46,366 nt of DNA, from the IMG/VR virus record IMGVR_UViG_3300025735_000006. One strand, written 5' to 3'. The notes under the pieces are model-generated. The model ran no database searches. It saw only the letters and a list, made by a program, of their open reading frames with translations, and had not been told where the DNA came from. Within the stretch, counting starts at the first letter, position 1. Each line of letters starts with the position of its first letter. A program made the position numbers and the translations under genes. The DNA comes from a virus. Shown piece by piece: positions 32,424 through 39,697 of the stretch.

Positions 32424-33825
32424 TGTCAGACATATTAATACTCATACCTTTCTTACTCGGCGCATAAGCCATTATAAACGCATCTGCGATGTTTGGCGAT
32501 TTAACATCACGCTTTGCAAGATCCTGCTTAGATTCAACCATTACACGCCCTAATCTATCTTCCATTCGCATAGGTATTGATAATTCAACTTTAAGTCTAT
32601 GTAAGTTAGGCATATCAGAACTAATCGAGATTAAATCTTCAAGTTTGTATTTTGGCACTTCTGTTCCATCTTTCATAGCCTTGATTACTTGATAAGTCAA
32701 ACGGAATCTATCTGCCACTGTCCACCAAGCCTGTGCTTTCAGGTTAGCAAAGAAATCCTTGTTTGTAATCTTATCTGTATAAAGCTTTTCAGGCTCAAAT
32801 ACACCACCACCAGCAACAAACTTTCCATGCTTTACACTAGTTTTCTTTTCTTTGTTAAGCTCGTTTACCTTTGCCCCAACACCAGCACCAACACCAGTGG
32901 AGTCATAATTGATAAATGCATCAAGCCTTAACGCATCGTTATAGGCCCTAGTTGCCGATTTAAGCAACTCATCTTCTTTAGCCTTCCACTCATCAGACCA
33001 ATAAGCAACAATTCCTTTACGATGAACTAATGCGCATTTATCCTTGCCAGCATCCGCAACATCAAACCCAAGATATGATCTCCCAGTATCATCAAGACCA
33101 AGTAGCTTATGAGCATCAATTGCAGCTTCAACCCATGACGCTTTGATTACACTTGTCTCATTATCTTGTCGTGGCATACCTTCATAGATATGTGCAAAGC
33201 TATCAGGATCACGCCGTCTTTTATCTTCAATTACTGATAATGCTGTATTACTTAAGAATGGATTCTCATTAAAGTTAATATGGCGAACAATCGTGTTAGC
33301 TGGGGGATCTACAACAAAGTTTTGCCAAACAAAGTCAGATACAAGATTGGGATTAAAAATAATCCAACATTCTGAGCCTTCCTTACGAATTGTAGGCTCT
33401 AAAATCTCCCATTGAGCTTCAGTTAATGCATGGCTTTCTTCAGACCAAAGCACATCGATAGACTCAATAGACTTGATCTCGCTAATATGTCGCCATAATC
33501 CATAAAATAGAAACTCAGCTCCAGTTCTTTTATTAATAATCTTATTATCTAAAATCCTAAAATTAGCCTGCAACCCAAATCTTTCAATTTGAATTTTAAG
33601 CAAAGAATAAACAGATTCTTCAATCTTGTTTTGCAATTGACGGACACACAAAAATCGTAACTTATATCTGTTAGCTAAAAAAATAGCCATGCCAGCAGCA
33701 TCCCAACTCTTGGAAGATGCACGACCACCAAACAGAATTTTGTTACGCGCTCTTGTAGTCCAAAATTCCCGAAGGACGGGGTTTAAACTAGCCTTCGGTT
33801 TTTCTTTCTTTGTCAATGTCTGCAT
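32401..33825 (-). CDS. terL: Terminase large subunit
   Basis: ILFGGRASSKSWDAAG Walker A-like motif and FLCVRQ. 474 aa. Nuclease-half acidic residues (GFDVADAGKD). Confidence 0.85.
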   Translation of the reverse strand: MQTLTKKEKPKASLNPVLREFWTTRARNKILFGGRASSKSWDAAGMAIFLANRYKLRFLCVRQLQNKIEESVYSLLKIQIERFGLQANFRILDNKIINKRTGAEFLFYGLWRHISEIKSIESIDVLWSEESHALTEAQWEILEPTIRKEGSECWIIFNPNLVSDFVWQNFVVDPPANTIVRHINFNENPFLSNTALSVIEDKRRRDPDSFAHIYEGMPRQDNETSVIKASWVEAAIDAHKLLGLDDTGRSYLGFDVADAGKDKCALVHRKGIVAYWSDEWKAKEDELLKSATRAYNDALRLDAFINYDSTGVGAGVGAKVNELNKEKKTSVKHGKFVAGGGVFEPEKLYTDKITNKDFFANLKAQAWWTVADRFRLTYQVIKAMKDGTEVPKYKLEDLISISSDMPNLHRLKVELSIPMRMEDRLGRVMVESKQDLAKRDVKSPNIADAFIMAYAPSKKGMSINMSDIEQAFGR

Positions 33826-34228
33826 AGAAATCGTCTAAACTATTGTTAACAGTAACATTACTTACAACTTCTTGTTTCTCAGTCAAGCCTTCAATACGCG
33901 CAATAATATTACCATTCATATCACCACTAGATGCTCCATCCACGTTATGAGCTGTCATAATCGCGCATAAACGCTTGAAGATAGCCGAAAACTCCTCACG
34001 CCCCCCATAATCCTTAAGCGTACTTAAACCAATGCCCATATGAGCAGCTAGGCCGTATTGTGTCATAGGTCGAGCATGCGGAACCTTCTCATAACTAATT
34101 GAACCCTGAAATGATGCTGTAATAGTTTTCATAACTGGATTGTCTTTTACCCACTCAATGTATTCTAAACCCAGCTCTTCAAATTGCTCAGGACTTTCAA
34201 TTGCTCTAGGCTTTCCAACTTCTGCCAT
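33788..34228 (-). CDS. terS: Terminase small subunit
   Basis: 146 aa. MAEVGKPRAIESPEQFEELGLEYIEW N-terminus. Overlaps the terL start. Confidence 0.55.
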   Translation of the reverse strand: MAEVGKPRAIESPEQFEELGLEYIEWVKDNPVMKTITASFQGSISYEKVPHARPMTQYGLAAHMGIGLSTLKDYGGREEFSAIFKRLCAIMTAHNVDGASSGDMNGNIIARIEGLTEKQEVVSNVTVNNSLDDFYADIDKERKTEG

Positions 34229-34231
34229 AAC

Positions 34232-34450
34232 CTAACCCTCAATACGCTTAACAATATTCATAAGGTCATTTCGAGAAAACATAAACATGCACTCAGCACA
34301 CACCCAAGACATTACAGCATTATCAGACAAACATTCTTTTACCCATTCAATACCACGTTTGCTTTTAACAATTTCTATATTTTCATCAGTTAATTCAAAC
34401 TTATTAAGAGCAGACCAGTCATAGCCGCTATATCCTGTATTTTTACCCAT
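34232..34450 (-). CDS. Hypothetical protein (72 aa)
   Basis: First ORF after the candidate late promoter. Confidence 0.55.
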   Translation of the reverse strand: MGKNTGYSGYDWSALNKFELTDENIEIVKSKRGIEWVKECLSDNAVMSWVCAECMFMFSRNDLMNIVKRIEG

Positions 34451-34478
34451 AACCCACTCCCAAAATTAACAAAAGTTT

Positions 34479-34487
34479 TCTATAGCA
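34479..34487 (-). promoter_or_regulatory. Candidate extended -10 promoter (TGcTATAGA) ahead of the packaging genes
   Basis: Minus strand reads TGCTATAGA, 7 nt after the terminator T-tract. No good -35. Confidence 0.3.
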
Positions 34488-34493
34488 TACCAC

Positions 34494-34520
34494 AAAAAGA
34501 AAAACCGCACTAAAGCGGTT
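34494..34520 (-). terminator. Rho-independent terminator ending the early/middle region
   Basis: Minus strand reads AACCGC-TTTAGT-GCGGTT followed by TTTCTTTTT. Confidence 0.65.
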
Positions 34521-34692
34521 TAATGTATCCATTATCTATATCGATTTGGACTGGAAATGCATACCTAATCCATCTCGATCCGTCAGTAAAATACGCCTCA
34601 TGATTATCTTTGATTATCCAATAATCTCCACTATCATCATAATGCGTAGCCCCTTCAGGCGCACCCTTCCGTATTTCTTCAATGGTTATCAT
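34510..34692 (-). CDS. EEIR..AP.GATHY-family small protein (60 aa)
   Basis: MITIEEIRKGAPEGATHY. ATGA overlap with the upstream gene. Confidence 0.6.
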   Translation of the reverse strand: MITIEEIRKGAPEGATHYDDSGDYWIIKDNHEAYFTDGSRWIRYAFPVQIDIDNGYIKPL

Positions 34693-34874
34693 GCAATATC
34701 CCAATATTCATGCTTGGTTAAATCAAATTCAAAACTATGGTTCTCAAACAAATCATGAAGTTGTTTGTCATAATTTTCGCAATCAATATTCTCATATGTA
34801 TCTAAAGTAATACATAAATCACACCACTTCTCATCAAATTCACCACCATCAACCACTTTGATTAATTCACTCAT
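34689..34874 (-). CDS. Strongly acidic small protein (61 aa)
   Basis: 17 Asp/Glu versus 4 Lys counted by eye. Translationally coupled to the methyltransferase gene. Confidence 0.6.
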   Translation of the reverse strand: MSELIKVVDGGEFDEKWCDLCITLDTYENIDCENYDKQLHDLFENHSFEFDLTKHEYWDIA

Positions 34875-34886
34875 CCCTCAGCTCCC
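34868..34886. repeat. 19-bp direct repeat, copy 1 (cactcatccctcagctccc)
   Basis: Identical to 35347..35365. Spans the stop/SD/start junction downstream of the methyltransferase gene. Confidence 0.9.
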
Positions 34887-35353
34887 TCAACCTTCATAAA
34901 AGTAATCCAATGTGTATTTGCACGTTTTCCTGTAATGTGGCCAAACAAAGGCTTTTGATCTGTCAGTGCTAAAAGTTCACTAACTTTGATCTGTGTTTCA
35001 TTCCATTTGAAAATTAAAACACCACCGTTGGCCAATACACGAAAGCACTCTGCAAAACCTTTTCGAATATCTTCGCGCCAATCGTCTTGCAACTTTCCAT
35101 ACTTAAGAGCTAACCAACTTTGTTTTCCTGCCTTCACCAGATGAGGAGGGTCAAATACAACTAAAGTAAATTGGCCATCCTTAAAAGGCATGTCTCGAAA
35201 GTCCATCATCACATCTGGTTCAATCACTAATGAGCGACCATCACACAATGTATGTTCTTCTTTTCGAATATCACCATAGACTACATTGGGATTTTGACGA
35301 TCAAACCAGAACATACGTGAACCGCAGCATGGATCTAAAATTTGTGCACTCAT
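34871..35353 (-). CDS. Orphan SAM-dependent DNA methyltransferase (N6A/N4C type)
   Basis: ILDPCCGSRMFWF (motif I-like) and VVFDPPH (DPPH motif IV). No adjacent endonuclease. Confidence 0.8.
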   Translation of the reverse strand: MSAQILDPCCGSRMFWFDRQNPNVVYGDIRKEEHTLCDGRSLVIEPDVMMDFRDMPFKDGQFTLVVFDPPHLVKAGKQSWLALKYGKLQDDWREDIRKGFAECFRVLANGGVLIFKWNETQIKVSELLALTDQKPLFGHITGKRANTHWITFMKVEGAEG

Positions 35354-35365
35354 CCCTCAGCTCCC
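35347..35365. repeat. 19-bp direct repeat, copy 2
   Basis: Identical to 34868..34886. Spans the junction upstream of the methyltransferase gene. Confidence 0.9.
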
Positions 35366-35766
35366 GATTCGCTTGCCCATTTAACTAAACGTCTATAATT
35401 TTCTTTAATGCTTTCAGCCTTATGTACGAGCCATTTAGCTTGTCTTAGCTCTATTTCAATACCTGAAAGCCCGCGATGCTCCATTTCGAAAAGGGATTTA
35501 TTTTGCTTGAACTCTTCCTCTGCTAGGTGATTTGCCTGAAAGTTATATAGTTCCGCTGGCACCAAGCGGTAACCCTCTGGCACCGCCTGAGATTTGGCTT
35601 GCCACGCCATCCATGCGCCATTTAGAAAGTAGATTTCTTCTGGAACAAATGTTGTATAAATTGTGTGGTAGTACTGATTATCTGAATCAAAAAATTCTAT
35701 TTCATTATCGTTTAAAATTTCTGAAATTTTATCCAACCGCTCAAATAACTCTCTTTCATTAATCAT
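35350..35766 (-). CDS. Hypothetical protein (Ead/Ea22-like?)
   Basis: Trimmed to the ATG after AAGGAG. AWQAKSQAVPEGYRLVP segment. Confidence 0.5.
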   Translation of the reverse strand: MINERELFERLDKISEILNDNEIEFFDSDNQYYHTIYTTFVPEEIYFLNGAWMAWQAKSQAVPEGYRLVPAELYNFQANHLAEEEFKQNKSLFEMEHRGLSGIEIELRQAKWLVHKAESIKENYRRLVKWASESGAEG

Positions 35767-35896
35767 TTTCAATCTCCTTTTCCTTCCAGCATTTACGGCA
35801 AACTTTAAATGGCTCACCCAACCAGTTGCTTTCCTCATATTCCCATTCATGCCGACAGAATAGATTCTTTATAAATTTAAATATCATAATCTTTTC

Positions 35897-36073
35897 CTAA
35901 TTCTTTGGCGGTTCTGGTAGTGGCATCCAGTGCGTAACATTGGATAAATTAAATCCATATTTATCAAATTTTGTTACCACATAGGGAACTTCTTGAAACC
36001 CTCTTTCTGAAAGATATACAAAAACATAACTCCCAATTTCAGGCATCTGCTCTTCAACACTAATCCATTCCAT
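35897..36073 (-). CDS. DUF551-like protein
   Basis: Trimmed to the ATG after GGAGGT. MEWISVEEQMP...VTHWMPLPEPPK. Confidence 0.65.
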   Translation of the reverse strand: MEWISVEEQMPEIGSYVFVYLSERGFQEVPYVVTKFDKYGFNLSNVTHWMPLPEPPKN

Positions 36074-36074
36074 A

Positions 36075-36242
36075 TTAACCTCCAAGCCATCTAAAGAATA
36101 TCCCGCCCAAAAAGAAAGCCATCGCCAAAATAATGGATGTAATAAAAGACACAACTCCATTAATCCAAAAATGGTTTTTATTTCCATCCGCTACAAAAAG
36201 CCACCCAAACCACCAAAACACAATAAACATTACAAAACACAT
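36075..36242 (-). CDS. Small membrane protein (55 aa)
   Basis: Trimmed to ATG 36242. MCFVMFIVFWWFGWLFV and VVSFITSIILAMAFFLGGIFF helices. Confidence 0.5.
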   Translation of the reverse strand: MCFVMFIVFWWFGWLFVADGNKNHFWINGVVSFITSIILAMAFFLGGIFFRWLGG

Positions 36243-36253
36243 TTGAGAAAAAC

Positions 36254-36388
36254 TCACTTCCCACCTCTCAACCACTCATACACAACCAACAAAGCATAGT
36301 AAATTATCAAAACTACACTTCTACCCAAATCCATTAACGCATAGCCTAAAACCCTGCAATTAATCCGAAGTTTTTGTTTGTTGTTCAT
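36254..36388 (-). CDS. Small ORF (44 aa), absent from the track
   Basis: ATG 36388 lies 1 nt after the previous stop. RSVVLIIYYALLVVYEW hydrophobic segment. Confidence 0.35.
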   Translation of the reverse strand: MNNKQKLRINCRVLGYALMDLGRSVVLIIYYALLVVYEWLRGGK

Positions 36389-36389
36389 T

Positions 36390-36470
36390 TTACCTCCCAA
36401 CTGGACAACCACAAAACATCCAAAACTCACCACATCGCTTGCATTTAATATAAAAAGTACCTTGTCTCAT
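36390..36470 (-). CDS. Cys-rich micro-ORF (26 aa), absent from the track
   Basis: AGGTGA SD. MRQGTFYIKCKRCGEFWMFCGCPVGR (CxxC...CxC). Confidence 0.35.
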   Translation of the reverse strand: MRQGTFYIKCKRCGEFWMFCGCPVGR

Positions 36471-36480
36471 TTTTTCACCT

Positions 36481-36708
36481 TCAAATAAAAAATTTCATTA
36501 CTGCAATCAATATTGATGCACCCAATGTAATGGCTAACCAATTTAGAAAAATATCTTTTAGCGTTTTTTCTTCAGCTTGCTCTTTAGTTAATTCATCATT
36601 ATTGTAATTTTGATCCAATAAAAACAAACCAGCCACCACCATAGTTGGCAATAATGGATATTGAACAAAAAGAGCAGTTATTAAAAATGTTGTTAAAATT
36701 TCACTCAT
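36481..36708 (-). CDS. Small membrane protein (75 aa)
   Basis: Two hydrophobic helices. First gene after the promoter at 36777..36805. Confidence 0.6.
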   Translation of the reverse strand: MSEILTTFLITALFVQYPLLPTMVVAGLFLLDQNYNNDELTKEQAEEKTLKDIFLNWLAITLGASILIAVMKFFI

Positions 36709-36776
36709 ACTTTCGCCATCCCTAAATCTAAAAATTGATTAATTAAAACTCTTAATAACTATTGCCTATATTCGCT

Positions 36777-36805
36777 ATAGTAAATCATATTTATAAGTAA
36801 TGCAA
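36777..36805 (-). promoter_or_regulatory. Sigma70-type promoter with the conserved TACTATAGCGAATATA box
   Basis: Minus strand reads TTGCAT (36800..36805)-17 nt-TACTAT (36777..36782). Directly follows a terminator. Confidence 0.7.
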
Positions 36806-36815
36806 TATTTAAAGC

Positions 36816-36841
36816 AAAAAAAAGACTGCTTGGAGGCAGTC
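36816..36841 (-). terminator. Strong Rho-independent terminator
   Basis: Minus strand reads GACTGC-CTCCAA-GCAGTC followed by T8. Confidence 0.85.
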
Positions 36842-37040
36842 GAAGGGAAGTAACTAAATTTAGATGAAATAAACATCCTGTATCGACATTGCAAATAGAT
36901 ACATACACAGTCTAAATGTTCGCGCCACGGGAACATCTTCAAGCAACTTATGCAAACAGTTAGGATGCGATATTTACTTCTCTAAATTGCCTACTTTCAG
37001 GCGGTCAATTAGTCTTTCCTAATAGTCATTTGTTTACACT
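36842..37040 (-). ncRNA. About 190-nt untranslated, structured transcript segment between the tRNA-like gene and the terminator (candidate sRNA or processed spacer)
   Basis: No ORF with an SD. Local hairpins, e.g. AGAUGUUC-CCGUGGCGC-GAACAUUU and GCCU-GAAAGU-AGGC nested in CUAAUU/AAUUUAG. Confidence 0.3.
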
Positions 37041-37122
37041 TTCTCCCGTCTGGATTCGAACCAAAACGCTGCAATAGCGGCACCTAATTAGGCGCTGCGT
37101 CTACCAATTTCGCCACAGGATA
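37041..37122 (-). tRNA. Class II tRNA-Leu-like gene with a non-canonical anticodon loop (may be a pseudo- or specialised tRNA)
   Basis: Minus strand reads UAUCCUG-UG-GCG-AAAUUGGUAGA-CGC-A-GCGCC-UAAUUA-GGUGC-long variable arm (CGCU/AGCG)-UUUGG-UUCGAAU-CCAGA-CGGGAGA-A. No encoded CCA. Confidence 0.6.
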
Positions 37123-37164
37123 CTCAGCAAAACAATATTATCAAAACAAAACGGATTTGAAAAG

Positions 37165-37515
37165 CTAATTTAATTCATAAACGGTTATATAAATCATACC
37201 ACCTTTTACTACTTCACCACGCTTAATATGTAGTTCATCAAATTGCTCATCATCATGGCAAAATCCATTTTTCACTAAAGAATCAAAAATCCCTTTAGTA
37301 AAGTTATCGATGTCGAACTTTCTTTTGTTCGGATAGTGAAGAACAATTTCAGCCTTCAATCTTTTTTCAGTCATAAGCGGCTTAACGAATAAAGCCATAT
37401 CTTTTGTGAATTTAATACCTTTTGGTGTGATAAACCTAGTCTTTCCATTTGACCGCCAGTACATATTTACTGACGGTGGGAAAAAAGGTATTTCTTTATC
37501 AAGTATCAACTTCAT
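37165..37515 (-). CDS. rusA: RusA-family Holliday junction resolvase
   Basis: PPSVNMYW...KRKFDIDNFTKGIFDSL..CHDDEQ pattern is typical of RusA. Confidence 0.8.
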   Translation of the reverse strand: MKLILDKEIPFFPPSVNMYWRSNGKTRFITPKGIKFTKDMALFVKPLMTEKRLKAEIVLHYPNKRKFDIDNFTKGIFDSLVKNGFCHDDEQFDELHIKRGEVVKGGMIYITVYELN

Positions 37516-37892
37516 TCTGGACGCTTCCGCAATGATTGTTTCCAGTCGCCTTGATAACCATCTAGCAATAAATGAGAATAATCACTGTCATGATCACCTA
37601 ATACCCATTGATTTTCATCCAATTTTAAATTTGGCTCATTTCTATAGCCATGCCATCTTTTATCAGCGTCCATAGCCACATAATCAATTTCTGGTTCAAT
37701 CGAACTCCAATCAATCACAAATCCATCCCTTAAAACCTCTGGCAAACTTTTATCCTTGCGTTTTTCATCTTCTAAATGCATAGCATCGGCGTAGTTGTGG
37801 CATAGGTTGATAAATTTATCAAACTCCATGTTTTCAGATCTAGAATTTATTAGTGCAATTGCATACTCATGTGCCATCTGTAATTTATTCAT
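37512..37892 (-). CDS. Hypothetical protein, paralogue of 2077..2277
   Basis: DWSSIEPEIDYVAMDADKRWHGY...DWKQSLRKRPE. Confidence 0.6.
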   Translation of the reverse strand: MNKLQMAHEYAIALINSRSENMEFDKFINLCHNYADAMHLEDEKRKDKSLPEVLRDGFVIDWSSIEPEIDYVAMDADKRWHGYRNEPNLKLDENQWVLGDHDSDYSHLLLDGYQGDWKQSLRKRPE

Positions 37893-38449
37893 TTTCTATC
37901 CTCCTTACACATTTCCTGATAACGAACTAATGAATCAATAGCCTCTTGAACATCTTGTGGTTGATTCTTAGCTCCACGCATACCAGCACACAAAAGCTTC
38001 TTAATTGCATGCTGAATGCAAGGATCCACAACTTCAAACAAATCTAAAACACGATAAACATCCACATAATCTAAATGTTTTACATTTTTAAAATAATGAC
38101 TGTGTTTTTTATCATTATTGCAATCTTCACCAATAGTATAACCATTAGAAACTTTCAAATCCCCCTCAAACCACTTCACATCGTCTAAAGGATTTTGGTT
38201 TTCTGGCTGGCGTTGCCAAAGTACTTCCGCTCCTGCTTCGCCAGATTTGATCTCATCTACATGCCATGCACACAAATTCCAAGAACCATTTTCAAAAAAA
38301 GATTTATCTGCTTGAAAGTTACAAGTATCACTTTCAGGCCAGTAAACATATAAATCAGCTCTCTCTGGAATTTCAATATCATCATCTCGCCATTTATGAT
38401 AAACAAGCTCATAATTATCTTGATTATTTTTAGTTAAAAACTCTTTCAT
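37889..38449 (-). CDS. DUF3310-like protein
   Basis: SHYFKNVKHLDYVDVYRVLDLF..HAIKKLLCAGMRGAKNQPQDVQEAIDSL resembles the DUF3310 C-terminal module. Confidence 0.45.
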   Translation of the reverse strand: MKEFLTKNNQDNYELVYHKWRDDDIEIPERADLYVYWPESDTCNFQADKSFFENGSWNLCAWHVDEIKSGEAGAEVLWQRQPENQNPLDDVKWFEGDLKVSNGYTIGEDCNNDKKHSHYFKNVKHLDYVDVYRVLDLFEVVDPCIQHAIKKLLCAGMRGAKNQPQDVQEAIDSLVRYQEMCKEDRK

Positions 38450-38631
38450 TTCACTTCCTCACACAAAATATAATTACGTTCATCTTTCAATTTTTCACTT
38501 TCTAACTGAGCATGCAATTCTTTCCACTGCTCAATTAACATCTCTTTAGTTTCGCCATCTACTAGTGGCTCAGAACCATTTATCTTGTCACGCATTAGCT
38601 TTAGATTCATTTTTACCTCAATATCTTTCAT
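38446..38631 (-). CDS. Hypothetical small protein (61 aa)
   Basis: ORF with ATGA overlaps on both sides. Confidence 0.55.
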   Translation of the reverse strand: MKDIEVKMNLKLMRDKINGSEPLVDGETKEMLIEQWKELHAQLESEKLKDERNYILCEEVK

Positions 38632-39374
38632 GTTGTTTTTTTACGTGATTTAGCTCTACATATTGAACATCTAGCTCTATTACCACCATCCATCACATAA
38701 ACCACTTCGCCATGATACATGCACTCAGCATTAAACTTTTTTTCGCCTGCAGCTATTGCCAGAAATCTTGATTCTTTAACCCTATGTCTTCTCAAAACCT
38801 CAGGATCTGTAGATCTTGTATATCTAGGTTTTTTAACTTTTTGAGTAAACTCAAAACCATCAATACACATCAAAAGAACTTTCCAGTTTGATTCATTTAA
38901 TCCACCATCTCCGCATTTTATATTTTCAAATGTTTTGGTTGAGATTCCGACCATTTCGCAAAGCCGCTTCTTGTCATTTGGACCAAATTTTTTTGAAATT
39001 TCTTTCAAGTACTTACTCTGATACTCAATCTTTTTTAGATAATTTGCACTTTTACGAGGACCTTTTTCAATCTCAATAGGCTTGCTCTTCCGTATAATCT
39101 TATTTCTTGCCTCAATCACTTCATCAGGCGTTTCTTGAATAGATGGATCATAAGCAATCTTTTCTTTAGGCCCTCTCGTAACACCACGCATAGGAACCTT
39201 GCCATCACGATATGAGCTATACCCCGCAGGTATTTGCTTAACCTTTCCACCACGCTTTAAGTAAGCTTCCATTTCATCGTTAAGCTTATCTCGCAATCCT
39301 TGTTTTTCTTTAACGCCTGTATAAACATCATTCCGACCAGCTTGCAATTGATCTATTCTTTCTAGTAGGTTCAT
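38628..39374 (-). CDS. Putative DNA-binding regulator with a C-terminal zinc ribbon (248 aa)
   Basis: HTH-like KKRLCEMVGISTKTFENI. C-terminal CMYHG....CSICR. Confidence 0.4.
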   Translation of the reverse strand: MNLLERIDQLQAGRNDVYTGVKEKQGLRDKLNDEMEAYLKRGGKVKQIPAGYSSYRDGKVPMRGVTRGPKEKIAYDPSIQETPDEVIEARNKIIRKSKPIEIEKGPRKSANYLKKIEYQSKYLKEISKKFGPNDKKRLCEMVGISTKTFENIKCGDGGLNESNWKVLLMCIDGFEFTQKVKKPRYTRSTDPEVLRRHRVKESRFLAIAAGEKKFNAECMYHGEVVYVMDGGNRARCSICRAKSRKKTT

Positions 39375-39697
39375 TTTTTAATACTCCGCAAAGCTGCTAC
39401 GACTTGCTTAATTTCCTCTTCAGTACGCCAACATCCAAAAACATATGTTGAATGTTCTCCATGTTCATAACGTGAATAACCACAACCATGATCATCAGAA
39501 ATAAACCAAACTTCCTCACCAATCTTCGGCTCAAAAGGAGGAGGAATTTCAAATTCAAGTTTTATGGTTTTTGGCTTAATTCTAAATGTATAATTATCAT
39601 CAAAAATACCAACTCTTGTATCACCATCTACAATTCTCCACCCATTAAAGTCTACATCAGACCACTCAACCCTTTCCCCACTCGCTAAAGCCCGCAA
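39371..39697 (-). CDS. Hypothetical protein (108 aa)
   Basis: TTG start 5 nt after GGTGAAG. ALRALASGERVEW N-terminus. Confidence 0.5.
   Translation of the reverse strand: MRALASGERVEWSDVDFNGWRIVDGDTRVGIFDDNYTFRIKPKTIKLEFEIPPPFEPKIGEEVWFISDDHGCGYSRYEHGEHSTYVFGCWRTEEEIKQVVAALRSIKK

Noticed and set aside
35767-36187. The ORF track gives N-terminal extensions to several genes, e.g. 35767..35850, 36074..36187, 36243..36275, 26929..27018, 27825..27893, 29955..30014 and 5578..5595.
   Set aside because: Internal ATGs preceded by good SD sequences (GGAGG, AAGGAG, AGGAG, GGGAG, GAGGAAG) or by stop-start coupling give the conserved family N-termini. The extensions overlap upstream genes, promoters or terminators.
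37081-37095. The 8-nt alternative loop CUAAUUAG could act as a quadruplet (AAUU) frameshift-suppressor anticodon.
   Set aside because: This requires opening a perfectly good C-G closing pair, and I see no evidence of quadruplet-dependent genes. It is kept only as a remote possibility under the tRNA finding.
37041-37122. The tRNA-like gene could be an attP or integration-site remnant of a temperate phage.
   Set aside because: No integrase, excisionase or CI-type repressor is present anywhere on the closed genome. The element is also a full cloverleaf, not just a 3' tRNA fragment.
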